DNA of 20,000 nucleotides from Rhizaria sp. SCN 62-66. Taxonomy: Eukaryota. Each line of letters begins with the position of its first letter. Within the stretch, counting starts at the first letter, position 1. The position numbers and the translations under genes were made by a program. Below, in pieces: positions 1 through 10,333 of this stretch. Under the pieces are notes generated by a model that saw only the letters and a program-made list of their open reading frames with translations, was not told the origin of the DNA and did no database searches. The stretch covers positions 117,450-137,449 of the forward strand of contig MEDY01000020.1 of assembly GCA_001724265.1 (NCBI GenBank). The letters are read 5' to 3'.

Positions 1-1
1 C

Positions 2-3000
2 GACGCTGAGGCCGAGGCCGAGGCCGAGGCTGAGTCCGCGGAGGCGGAAGCTGACGAGGCGGGCGCGCGCTGCGGCCGCCAAGCGGGCGCTGCGGTCGAG
101 GGCATGGGCCCCTGCACGTGCCCGAAGCCCGACGCGGCGGCCTCCGCGCCCGCCGCCGCGTCCGACAGCGCAGTCGCTGCCGCTGCCTCACCGCGTGTGG
201 ACTCGCGGTCGCCGTCGCCGGCCTCCGCTGCCGCTGCCGCTGCCCCGGTGCTGTCCGCGAGCGACGCGGCGGCGATCGCGGCTGTGACCGCGCTGGCTGC
301 GCGCGCCGCGGCCGCAGTGTCCCGGCTCGCGCGGCGCACGCGCGCGCACGCCGCGCACCTGCGACAGCTCGGCGCCGTGGCCGCCGCGGCGGCGGGCGCG
401 GCGGGCGCGCAGGCCGAGGCTGAGGCCGAGAGCGCGCGCACCCTGCAGACGGCGCGCCGCGCACACGTGCGCTGGGTGGAGCGCCGTGCTCGTCGGGCCC
501 GCGCCGCGCGGCTGGGGCTTGAGGACTCGGACGCGGAGAACGGCGCCGCCGACTGCTACTCGGATACCGAGGACGAACAAGTTGCTGCTGCGCAGCAGGC
601 TGAGCCGCAGCAGGATGTTGGCAAGGCAGATATTGTGACCGAAATTAGCGCTGAGGTAGTACCTGAGGCCGATGCAAGTGCTGATGTTGATGCCGAAGAG
701 GGCTTTAGTACTCCTATTGCTGTCGCAGCCGAGCCTGTCGCTAAGCTTATCGAGCCCTCTGTAGCCTCCGCTGTCGAGTCTGCTGCTTCCGATGCTGCTA
801 GCACAGACTCTGCTGCGGCTGTGGCGGCCGCCTCCGTCTCTGCTGCAGAGTCCACTGCGATTGCAGATCTTGTTGCTGTAACCGAGTCTGCTGTGGCTGT
901 GTGCCCGCAGCATGGCGCATTCTCGCCTCGCTCCATGCGCCCGCGCTCGCGCGCCAACACGCAGTCCCTCTCTCCGCTGCCGGTGTCCCCCGCTCCTGCT
1001 CCTGTGTCCGCCCCTGTTGCCCCTGTGCCTGTACCTGCGCCTGTGTTAAGCGCGAGCGCTGGCCCCGCAGTGAGCGCAGTGAGCGCCGTGAGCGCTGGCG
1101 GCGCGGTGTCGGTGCTCGCGTCGCTGGCGCTGGCGTTCCCATCGCGCCCGCCCGCGGCGTCGGCGCTGCCGCTGCCGCCGCCGCCCTGCGCGCTCGACGG
1201 CGCACTCGCGGCGCGCGCGGCGGCCGTGGCGGCGGCGACGGCGGCGCTGGGGGAGGTCATGGCCCGCGAGCGCGCCGAGGTCGCCATGGCCGTGCGCGTC
1301 GCGCGCGCGCTGCATCGCGACGAGGCCGCCGCGCGCCGCAAGCAGGAGGAGAAGGAACGCGACGCAGCGCAAGCTGCCGCCGACGCCAAGGCCGCCGCCG
1401 ATGCCAAGACCGCAGCGGTCGCCGCGGCCGCTGCTGCTGCTGAGGCCGATGCTGAAGTCAAGACCAAGGCCAATGCTGAGTCTGAGGCCAAGACGGAGGC
1501 AGAACCCGAGACCGGGTCGAAGACTGAGGTTAATGCTGACGCGCCTGCTGATGCCATTTCTGACGCTGTGACTCATGCTGCTGATGCTAAGGCTGTGCCT
1601 GAGCCTGACGTGGCTGCGTCCACTACTGTCGAGCCGAATACGGTTCTCTCTGCTGCTGCGGACGCTGAGCCCGCTGCCGCCCAGTCCGAGGCCGACGCCG
1701 AGGCTGCGGCCGCTGCAGAGGCTGTGGCTGAGGCGAAGGCTGATGCCGAAGCCAAGGCCAAGGCGGAAGCCGACGCAGAGCACCGGCGGCAGCGCCGCCG
1801 CTCCGCGCTGGCCTCGTTGCCGCCGGTGCCGTATCCGTTCCCCTCCTCCGTGGCCGCGCCGTGGATCCCTCTGCCGGGCCTCGCGCCCGGCGACCCCGTG
1901 CCCGCCTCCGCGCTTCCCGTCTCGACTCCCGCATGCGTGCCTGCTACTGCCGCAGCTGCGGCTGAGAGCGTCGTGGCGGCGGCCGTGCTGCCCGCCGCGC
2001 TGCAGCCGCCCGCGCCGCTGCTGCCACATGTCGCCGCGTTCCTGCCCGCGCGCCCGCTGCGGTTGTGCCGCACCGTCGTGAAGCCGCCCGCCGTAGCGTT
2101 GCTGCGGCTCGACCGCACCGGCGACGCCGCGCAGGCCTCCGCGCGCGCCGCCGCCGCCGCGCTCGCCGCCGCCACGGGCGAAGACGACGGCTTCGGCGAC
2201 GACGACGCCGGCGATGACGGTCAGAACGACGGCAACCTTGTCGGTCAGGGCACCAGCGTTGCGACGGAGGGCGCGGGCTCAGCTGCAGCGGCATCTGCCG
2301 CCGCTGCTGCTGCGGCCTCCGCCGCTGCCGCCGCCGCGTCCGGCTCCGGCAGCCGGTCCATGTGGTCCTGGCTGCCATGGGCTCGCTCTGACGCCGACGC
2401 CGCCGCTGCCGCGGCAGCTGCCGCCGCTGCCAGCGCGAACAGCAGCAGCAACAGCAGCAGTCTGAGCGGGAGCAGCAGCAGTTCGTCGCTATTCGGCTTC
2501 GGTGGGCAGTCCAAGGCGACGGCGCCCGTGTCTCTGCCGCTGTCTGCGCCGCTGTTCGGCCAGCACCGCCTTACGCGCGCGCTCGCCGCCGCGCTCCGCA
2601 CCGCCGCCACCACCGCCGCCGCCACCGCCGCTAGCAGTGGCGCCTCTGCGTCCGACGCCACCGCTGATGTCGACGCGCGCGCTGGCGCGCTGCAGCGCCT
2701 GTGCGACGACGCCGACGCTTGGGAGCTCTCTTGCGTCGACCCCGGTGCGTTAGCACTTAGCGCCGGCGCGATCAGCGCTGCGGGCGGCGCGGGCGCGGCG
2801 TACTCGCTGCGCGGGCTCGTGACGCACTCCGGCGCGTCCCGCGCTGGAGGGCACTACGCAGCCGTGCAGGCGGCGCGCGGCGACGGCGTGTGGTACGTGC
2901 TCGACGACGCCGCCGTCACGCCGCTGCTGCTCAACGCGCCCGCGGTCTCCTCGCGCGACGCGTACGTCGCAGTCTATGTCCGCGAACAGACGGCTGGCGC

Positions 3001-3010
3001 GCGGCCCTGA
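2..3010 (+). CDS. Ubiquitin-specific protease (peptidase C19/UCH family), C-terminal part; 5'-truncated by the window edge
   Basis: The frame is open from base 2, so the ATG at 104 is internal. C-terminal His box: YSLRGLVTHSGASRAGGHY (His at 2852-2854), WYVLDD (2891-2908), AYVAVYVR. Upstream KPPAVALLRLDR (~2081-2116) resembles the USP PxxLxxxLKRF box, and KATAPVSLP resembles the KxxxxVxFP box. The Cys box is not in the window. Stop TGA at 3008-3010, followed by an AT-rich spacer. Confidence 0.85.
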   Translation, partial: DAEAEAEAEAESAEAEADEAGARCGRQAGAAVEGMGPCTCPKPDAAASAPAAASDSAVAAAASPRVDSRSPSPASAAAAAAPVLSASDAAAIAAVTALAARAAAAVSRLARRTRAHAAHLRQLGAVAAAAAGAAGAQAEAEAESARTLQTARRAHVRWVERRARRARAARLGLEDSDAENGAADCYSDTEDEQVAAAQQAEPQQDVGKADIVTEISAEVVPEADASADVDAEEGFSTPIAVAAEPVAKLIEPSVASAVESAASDAASTDSAAAVAAASVSAAESTAIADLVAVTESAVAVCPQHGAFSPRSMRPRSRANTQSLSPLPVSPAPAPVSAPVAPVPVPAPVLSASAGPAVSAVSAVSAGGAVSVLASLALAFPSRPPAASALPLPPPPCALDGALAARAAAVAAATAALGEVMARERAEVAMAVRVARALHRDEAAARRKQEEKERDAAQAAADAKAAADAKTAAVAAAAAAAEADAEVKTKANAESEAKTEAEPETGSKTEVNADAPADAISDAVTHAADAKAVPEPDVAASTTVEPNTVLSAAADAEPAAAQSEADAEAAAAAEAVAEAKADAEAKAKAEADAEHRRQRRRSALASLPPVPYPFPSSVAAPWIPLPGLAPGDPVPASALPVSTPACVPATAAAAAESVVAAAVLPAALQPPAPLLPHVAAFLPARPLRLCRTVVKPPAVALLRLDRTGDAAQASARAAAAALAAATGEDDGFGDDDAGDDGQNDGNLVGQGTSVATEGAGSAAAASAAAAAAASAAAAAASGSGSRSMWSWLPWARSDADAAAAAAAAAAASANSSSNSSSLSGSSSSSSLFGFGGQSKATAPVSLPLSAPLFGQHRLTRALAAALRTAATTAAATAASSGASASDATADVDARAGALQRLCDDADAWELSCVDPGALALSAGAISAAGGAGAAYSLRGLVTHSGASRAGGHYAAVQAARGDGVWYVLDDAAVTPLLLNAPAVSSRDAYVAVYVREQTAGARP

Positions 3011-3325
3011 GCCAACATAAGTTATGCGTGCTGAATGACATGATCTTGGTCGTTGTACGTGTTGTTGGTGGTCTATGCTAATGTGATAAACATGTTCAAT
3101 TGTTATTGAGATTACAAATAATAACTCTAGAATAAATTATTAAGGCTTTTTTCCAAATTCTATGTTATCTATTTCAGTCACAGCATCTGTGCTGAATTAT
3201 TAAACTAAAATCTACTCAAAATGTCATCATGCGAACACAAAAATATTATCAAAAATACAACAGCATTCATCAAGACAGTTTCCTTGTCACTGCACACCCT
3301 TCTATCAAAATCGATACAGTTAACG
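3011..3325. terminator. AT-rich convergent 3' region of the USP and kinase genes, with AATAAA at 3131
   Basis: Tail-to-tail genes, a sharp fall in GC and an AATAAA hexamer on the + strand. Function inferred only. Confidence 0.35.
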
Positions 3326-6300
3326 TTACGCCCACTCCCAGTCGCGAATATTGCCCTCATCAGGGAGTGCACCCTCGATCTCACCCTGGGTTTGACCCTC
3401 CTCCTGGTGCTGCGGCTGCTGCTGAGGCTGGCCCTGCTGCGCATCGTTGCGCATCCACTTCGTCACTGGCGCCGCGGCAGCAGCCTTTGCCACAATGGCG
3501 GCCTTGGCCTCGGCCTTAAGAGCTGCCCGGGCCTCGGCCGTGGCGCGGGCCTCATCCGCAGTGCTGGCCTGCACCTGCTGCGCCTGCGCCCGAAGCTGCG
3601 CCTGCGCCCGGGCCTGCGCCGCGGCATCTGTCTGCGCCTGGGCCTGCGCACGCGCCGTCGCGAAGGCCGCGGCCTGCGCCAGCACCTGCGCCTGCACCTT
3701 GGCGGCGGCGTCGGCCTTGGCCTTGGCCTCGGCGTTCTCGGCCGTGAGCGCGTCGATCTGCGCCTGCTGCTGCACCAGCTGCTGCTGCGCCTGCTGGAGC
3801 TGATGCTGCTGCAGCGCAGCGTGAAACACTTGCTGCGACGCCGCGTCTACGACCGGCGGCATGCCGTAGCCGTAACCGGTGCCGGCAAAGCCTCCCGGCG
3901 CGACGCCGTAGGCCATGTGCTGCCCGGCGTAGGGCGCGTAGCCATACGGCACGCCAGCGCCCGCCGCGGCCATGCCCGCCGCTGGCATGTGCGGGTGCCC
4001 GGCGGCGCCGTAGCCCGGGGCGGCGCCGTACGCGGCGGGCGCGGGCGCGGCGCCGTAGCCGGGCATGGGGAAGCCGTAGGCACCAGCGCCCGCGTGGGGT
4101 GCCGGGTACCCGTGAGGGTACTGTCCGTGCGCGTGCCCGTGTGTGTGCGCGTACGCGGCCTCGTGGCCCACGGCGGCAGCAGCGGCAGCGGGCTCACCAT
4201 CGGCGTCTTTAACAGCAGCGGCGGCGGCACGAGTCGCGCGCAGCGCCTGTGCCTGTGCCTGTGCCTGCGCAGCCGCGGCGCCCTTAGCACCTGCCGCCAC
4301 GGCGGGAGCGCCTCCAGCTGGGACGGGAGCGACCGAGTCGTTGCTGACCCAGCCCATAACGGGGCGGTCGCGGGCGGGTGGCGCCGCCTTGGCCAGCGGC
4401 AGCGGCGCCACAGGGTGCAGCGCCTTGGGCGGCTGGTACGGGCCCTTGAAGGTGTTAGCATTGCGAGCAGGACCAACGTTGCCGCGGTAATTGTTTCCTC
4501 CGGTGTTGTAGACCTTAGCAGGCGGCGCGCGCTGTTGATGTTGATGGTGCTGTTGCCGCTGCTGTTGCCGCTGCTAATGCTGTTGATGCTGATGCTGCAC
4601 GCGGCCGCCGTCGGGGCTGTGGTCACCACGGATACGGTCGTCCGCGCGGGCGAACTTATTGCGGGCCCCTGTGAAGTTGCTGTTGTTGTTGTTGTTATCG
4701 CCATTGTTCTGGAGCTCCGCCGCCTCCTCGGCGGCCTTCTCGCGCGCCCGGCGCAGCGCGCGCTCACCCGCGGCCATGCACCGCGCCGCAAGCGCTGCCG
4801 CCGACACAGAGTGCTGGCGTCGCGCCGCAAGCGCCTCCGCGCTCTCAGCCTCGGCCGCCGGCTCCTGCTCCTGCTCCTGCTGCTGCTGCAGTTCATGGTC
4901 GTTTCCGTCCTGCATCGCAAGCACGGGCGCGGGCGCGGGCGCGGGGTCCCAGGCCGCGGCGTAGGTGAGCGAGCCGAGCATTGCGGCGAGCGCAACGGCA
5001 GCCTGCTCCTCGTCGTTGGCATTGACCGTGACGACCGCGGCGAAGCCCTCGCTGGCGACGGGCGCCTCGAACTCGTCCTGCTGGCGGTGCACGACGCCGC
5101 CGACGCGCGCGCGCGCCTCTGCGGGCGACTCGTCCGCCTGCGCGCCCAGCCTCAGGTGGCCCACGCGCGCCAGGACGCGGTCGACCGAGTCCTTGGCCGG
5201 CAGCAGCAGGTGCACGCACAGCCGCAGCGGCAGCGGGACAGGCGCCACGCCGAACGCCGCGGGCGCCAGCGCCGGCGACGGCAGCTGCGTCGGCATGTTC
5301 GCGGCCGCGGCGGCGGCGTCGGCAACGGCCGCGGCCGCGGCGATGGCGGCAACAGCGGCGCCGTCGTTGTCGCGCGCAGCATTGTTATTAAGATTGTTGT
5401 GATCGTTCACGACAACACCGTCCTCCTCAGCTTCTTCTTCGTCGACGAAAGTGAATGCAACGTGACCGGGCTTAAACGCCACAGCAGGGGCAGCAGCCGG
5501 AGCGGCGCGTGCGGCAGGAGCGGCGGCCGCCTGTTGCTCGCGCCGCCCCTGCCTGTCCTGCTCTAGCTGCTGTCGCAGATTCTGGAGCCGCTCCGCCGCG
5601 TCCACCGCCTCCACGGCCACGACGGCGTCAATGGCGGCGGCGGCGGCGTTGAGCTCCGCCTCGGCCTTGGTAAGCGCATTGACGGCGCGCGCGTCGGGCG
5701 CCTGCGGCGCGGCGGCCACGTTGAGCCAGTGCGCGCGCTGCTGCTTGGTGAGGTTCGTGCGGTCCACGACGAGGCGCGGCACGCCCAGCGCGTCAAGCGC
5801 GGCGTCCCACGCTCTCACGCCCGCGGCCACGCGGTCGCGCTCCGCGTCGCGCTGGGCCTTGACCTGCTCGCGAGGCTTGTTGTTGGCGTTGTTGTTACCG
5901 GCCAACGCTTGCGTCTCGAGCTGGTTCAGAGGCAGCGGCAACAGCGCGGGCAGCAGCGCCGCCAGCGCGGGCCGCGAGCCCGACACAAGCGCGTCGGACA
6001 GCCCCTGGCGCGCGGCGGCGCGGGCCGCAGCGGAGCTAGACAGCAGCGTCGCCGTCGCCGCGTCTATCGCGGCAGACGCGGCGGTCACGACAGGAGGCTG
6101 CTGCAGCTGTTGCTGTTGCTGCTGCACATGGAGAGGGAGAAAGGCCTCAGCAGGGCCCGCGGCAGCCTCGTCAGCGGCGGCCCGCGCGGCGGCCGCGGCG
6201 ACAGTCGTGGCGTAGGCTGCACTCAGCGCGGCGGCGGAAGCGACGTTGTCAGCGAGATTGACAGCGGGAGTCAGCGCGGTCGTCACTGCGAACTCGCACG

Positions 6301-6568
6301 CGCGGCGGTCGCCCATCGCGTCCTGGTTGACCACGCACCACGGTGACGCAGTGTCAACGTCCTCGGTGATGGCGGCCGCGGCGGCAGCGGCGGGCAGAGC
6401 GGAATTGGCTCGCAGGGCGCCCGTGAAGGAGGACTTGCCGGCGCCAGAGAGGCCGACGAGCACAATGAGGCGCGGCAACGGCAGCAGAGATGGCCACTCG
6501 TTACTCGTAAACGACGCCGGCAGCGCGCCCGCGCGCGCCAGCGAAGGGTGGATGCGGAACGAGAACAT
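3326..6568 (-). CDS. P-loop kinase (AAA_33 / polynucleotide-kinase-like) with a long low-complexity C-terminus; about 1080 aa if the in-frame TAG at 4574-4576 is read as sense
   Basis: Walker A LIVLVGLSGAGKS (~6431-6470), WCVVNQDAMGDRRAC, LVVDRTNLTKQQRAHW, HLLLPAKDSVDRVLARVGH and FEAPVASEGF occur in the order typical of AAA_33 kinases. ORFs 4574..6568 and 3326..4411 share a frame and are separated by one TAG plus 54 sense codons. True stop is TAA at 3326-3328, before AT-rich DNA. The start is uncertain because the frame is open up to 6691, so an upstream exon is possible. Confidence 0.8.
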
Positions 6569-6987
6569 TCCGAGCTTGGCCGAGACGCGAGGCAGGACCG
6601 GAACGGGTGGGTTCGCTCTATGGAAGATCGCTGCGTTGTTTGGAGAAAACTGGACAGGGGATTCAAGCGCAAGATGTGATGAGTCTGCGTATTAAATAAA
6701 GTAAAATGTGTTAAACAACACAGTAAACTCTAACAAATTCGTGTTATTCCGACCTGACGACGTATATAGAGCATTATCAACATGCTTATTGTGTGGACGA
6801 ACGATCTCGGTCGGACGGCGCTGCCACAGAGAGACCACCACAAACGAAGCGTGGCTCATAAGCATTGCTGTTGCGCACCACAATCATCGTCAAAGCAAGA
6901 TTGTTTGTGTGCTTATTGGTTTAAACGTGGTTTTAACAACTTGTCTTGTTTTTTGTGCTTTTAATTGCTTAGGAACGCGCGTATCGC
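6569..6987. promoter_or_regulatory. Short divergent intergenic region (putative bidirectional promoter) between the P-loop kinase and TRAPPC5
   Basis: Head-to-head genes about 0.4 kb apart with a drop in GC content. No specific motif identified. Confidence 0.4.
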
Positions 6988-7768
6988 ATGGATCCACTGA
7001 CCGGTGCCCGCAAGCCGCTGCCTGACGGACGCGGCGAGGTTCCCCTGAGCACCTTCACCTACATGTTCAATGAGGTGATTCGTTACTATCAGAACCAGGC
7101 ACAAGACATCAACGACATTGAAGCTGGGTACGTCTCTTATCAGCGCTATCCGACCTGAGCCGTGGAGTCCTCATATTGCGCTCTGTTCACCTCCGTTCCC
7201 TCGATATTTCCATGTCCTCACTAACCGTTGTCTGCCACTCCTGTATAACCTTGTTTTCTTGTGTCGCCCCCTTCGAAGCCTGCACCGCATGGGCGTGTCG
7301 ATGGGCCCGCGAATTTTGGAGCTGCTGGCGTTCCGGGAGGGCAAGCACCAGCGCAAACCTGCTGGCTCGCCGATCGCGCTGCTGACCTTCGTGCAGACGA
7401 CTGTGTGGCGCGCGCTCTTCGGCCAGCCCGCGCGCGGGCTCGAGCGCTCGGGCGAGGCGGCGTGCGAGTACTTCCTGCTCGAGGGCGAGCCGGTGACGAA
7501 CCGCTTCGTGTCGGTCCCGCGCGCGCTGGGCCAGCTCAACTGCGCGGCGTTTGTTGCCGGGATCGTCGAGGGCGTGCTTGTCGCAGCAGGGCTGCGCTGC
7601 GGCGTCCAGGCCGCCTGGGCCGCCGCGGGCGCCGGTGCTGCGCAGCAGACTGTCTACGTTGTGCGCATCGAGTCGGAGGACCCCGGGGCCGAGGCCGTCG
7701 CGCAAGCTGAGGCCGAGGCCGAGGCTGCTGCTGCCGCCGCCGCCGCTGCGAACAACACTGGCAAGTGA
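6988..7768 (+). CDS. TRAPPC5: Trafficking protein particle complex subunit 5 (Trs31); exons 6988-7127 and 7279-7768
   Basis: Exon 1 reads MDPLTGARKPLPDGRGEVPLSTFTYMFNEVIRYYQ (EVSLSxF-type motif). Exon 2 reads LHRMGVSMGPRILELL...VWRALFG...EPVTNRFVSVPR...QLNCAAFVAGIVEGVL. Splicing 7128-7278 restores the frame (GG|C = Gly). Stop TGA at 7766-7768. Confidence 0.93.
7128..7278 (+). other. Spliceosomal intron in TRAPPC5 (151 nt, phase 2)
   Basis: GTACGT donor, CACTAAC branch-point-like sequence near 7219-7225, pyrimidine-rich 3' part and an AAG acceptor. Removal joins conserved coding blocks in frame. Confidence 0.85.
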
Positions 7769-8322
7769 ACGGCGCGAGCGTTGGCGTGATCATGATGGTT
7801 GTTTGTTGGACTGATACTGCAGGCATGGGTGTGCGTATGGTGCGACTGATGAGCTTGGCGTGTTTGGGGTGTCTGTGAGTGTAATAGCTTTAAGTGCAGT
7901 TGCTGATTCAGCTTCAGTCCGGTCTTAGTGGGGCCAGCCTGGGCTGGTCTCAGTTATGAGCTTCATATCAGCTGTAATGTTACATTAGATTTACGATACA
8001 CAACAGAATTTGCGTTCATGCCTTCATATACATCTCACAGGCCAATGATTCTCAAGTTGGCCTTACATCTGCACGGTCATCGCTCCTTGGCGTGGCCGAA
8101 ATGCAAACAAGGTTTTCCCGTTATATTGCGATGGTATCTTCGTTAATCTGCTTAAACTTAGCTACATTGAGATTTATATACACATTTAATTATTATACTC
8201 AAATTACACATTGTAATTCTGTTATTAACCTTCTGAACCCCTCACAACAAAACTGTACTGTTCGACTGCCCGCTCGAATCCCGCGCCTTGTCTACATCGC
8301 GGCTGATGCAGCTCTCTAGTCA

Positions 8323-10108
8323 ATGTCTGACGACCCCTGGGCCTCCCCCGCTCCTGGCAAGCGCGCCCACAACTTTACCGCAGGTACGAGCAAATCCTTG
8401 TGTAACACCTTGACCCCTCTATCATCCGCGCTGTTCGCTTCTCTCTCCTCAACTCCGCATTCACAAAGTGTCCTCGACTCACCTCTCACTTGACATCCGC
8501 ACGTCGCTCAACCCGACACACAGGCCCGAGCGCACTGCCCGCAAGCGTCCTCGTTGAGATTCAACGCGAGATGCTTGATTTCGCAGGCATGGGAGCCGGC
8601 GTGCTAGAGGTCAGCCACCGCTCCAAACCCTTTATGGCCGCCGTCAAGGAGGCCGAGGTCGACCTGCGCGCTCTCATGTACGTCATCACATCAAACGACA
8701 CGTGCCAAATCTGTCAGCCTAATAGTATCTACTGTGTTTCTATTTGCTATGGTTGCACTCGTATCTGTGTATCAACTGACTTCGTCTCGTCTTACTCTTT
8801 TGTAGCAAACCCCACTTGCATACTCATCCTCGCATGAACTGTTTCGTCATTGTCCACATTATATCACTACACGCCCGCGTCTACTCTCTCCAGCAACATC
8901 CCCGACGACTACGCGGTAATGTTTGTGCCCGGTGGTGCGACGACCCAGTTCGCCTCCGTGCCCCTCAACCTTTTCAACCACCTCAACATCACCAACGACA
9001 GCGACAGCAAGGCCGCTGCGCGCCCGACGGCGCACTACGTGGTGACGGGCGTGTGGAGCGAGAAGGCCGCCGAGGAGGCCGCCAAGTACGTCGACGTCGT
9101 CGTCACCGCGACCTCCAAGTCGGCTGAGGGACGCTACCAGTCCCTCCCGGTCCTGCCCGCCGCGGACGCCGACAACGCCGCGCTGCAGGGCCCCGCGCCG
9201 CTGTACACCTACGTGTGTTCGAACGAGACCGTCCATGGCGTCGAGCTCCCCCTCCCCGGGGCCTCTGCGGACTCCGCGGCCGGAACCAGCGGCGCTGGAG
9301 ACTACGACGCGTACGCGTGGATCGAGTCGCTTGCGCGCCCGGGCTCGCTGCTCGTGGCTGACATGTCGTCACACTTCTGCGGCGCGCCCTTCGACGTCTC
9401 GCGCTTCGACGTCATCTTTGCGGGCGCGCAGAAGAACATCGGCCCCGCGGGCGTGACTGTGGTGATCGTGCGCAAGGACCTGCTCAAGCCCGGCGTGGCG
9501 CGCGCCGACACGCCCGTGATGCTGTCGTGGGCCACGGCCGCCGCCAACGGCTCGCTGTACAACACGCCCCCCGCGGGCGCGCTCCACGCCACGGGCAAGG
9601 TGCTGCGCTGGCTGCGCGGGCCCGTCGGCGGGCTAGCGCGCGTCGCCGCCGTCAACGCCGAGAAGGCCGCCGCGCTGTATGGCGCCATCGACGGCAGCGA
9701 GGGGTTCTACTCTGCGCCCGTGCAGCCCGCCGCGCGGTCCAAGATGAACGTTGTCTTCCGCATTAAGGGCGGCGACAAGGTACGTTTGCGCTTTGTGCGC
9801 AGTGATTTGGCCTGCTATGCTTTGTTGTGCCTCTGTTATGTTCTGCTTGTAGTTTTCTATGGTGTATCGAATCTACCACTTCATTCTCACTTACACTCTA
9901 AATTATTATTTTTGCTTTTATCATACTTCCTCCGCAGGCGCTGGAGGCCGCGTTCGTGTCCGAGGCCGAGGCCGCGGGGCTGCTGGGGCTCGACGGCCAC
10001 CGCTCCGTCGGCGGGCTGCGCGCCTCGCTCTACAACGCGGTCTCGCGCGCCTCCGTCCAGGCGCTCATTGCGTTCATGAACGAGTTCCGCGCCAAGCACT
10101 CCGCGTAA
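8323..10108 (+). CDS. PSAT1: Phosphoserine aminotransferase (SerC/PSAT); exons 8323-8383, 8524-8677, 8894-9779, 9938-10108
   Basis: Spliced product contains [63 protein letters not shown] (PLP lysine), [15 protein letters not shown] and [15 protein letters not shown]. It ends [14 protein letters not shown] (10106-10108). Confidence 0.97.
8384..8523 (+). other. PSAT intron 1 (140 nt, phase 1)
   Basis: GTACGA donor and CAG acceptor; removal rebuilds NFTAG-PSALP. Confidence 0.92.
8678..8893 (+). other. PSAT intron 2 (216 nt, phase 2)
   Basis: GTACGT donor and CTCTCCAG acceptor; removal gives DLRALI-NIPDDY. Confidence 0.9.
9780..9937 (+). other. PSAT intron 3 (158 nt, phase 0)
   Basis: GTACGT donor, T-rich body and CCGCAG acceptor; removal gives KGGDK-ALEAAF. 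Confidence 0.92.
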
Positions 10109-10333
10109 GCGCGCGTGCTATTTGTGAACAAAAGACCACTGCGTCTGTGACATATTTTACGCATGGCGTGTTGCCCGTTGTAGCAGTGATGTCTCTGTGT
10201 TTTAGAGTGTGAGAAGTTCGAATATGATTATAAAAAGCGAATAAATACATGTATTATTGATAACTCTAAATAAACTATGGAGTAATCACACCTCTCAGTG
10301 GAACAATATTGCTCTCTAGATAACATGACAATA
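10109..10333. terminator. AT-rich convergent 3' region of the PSAT and DEG15-like genes, with AATAAA at 10240
   Basis: 225 nt between two stop codons, with AATAAA at 10240-10245 on the + strand. Function inferred only. Confidence 0.35.

Noticed and set aside
1-2650. GAGGCC, GCC and GCT tandem runs as repeats or a CRISPR-like array
   Set aside because: These are coding microsatellites for Ala/Glu/Ser tracts, with no repeat-spacer structure.
3221-5566. 781 aa plus-strand ORF
   Set aside because: It is the in-register antisense shadow of the GC-rich kinase gene. Its Leu/Arg/Gly composition mirrors Gln/Ala/Pro codons and it has no domain motifs.
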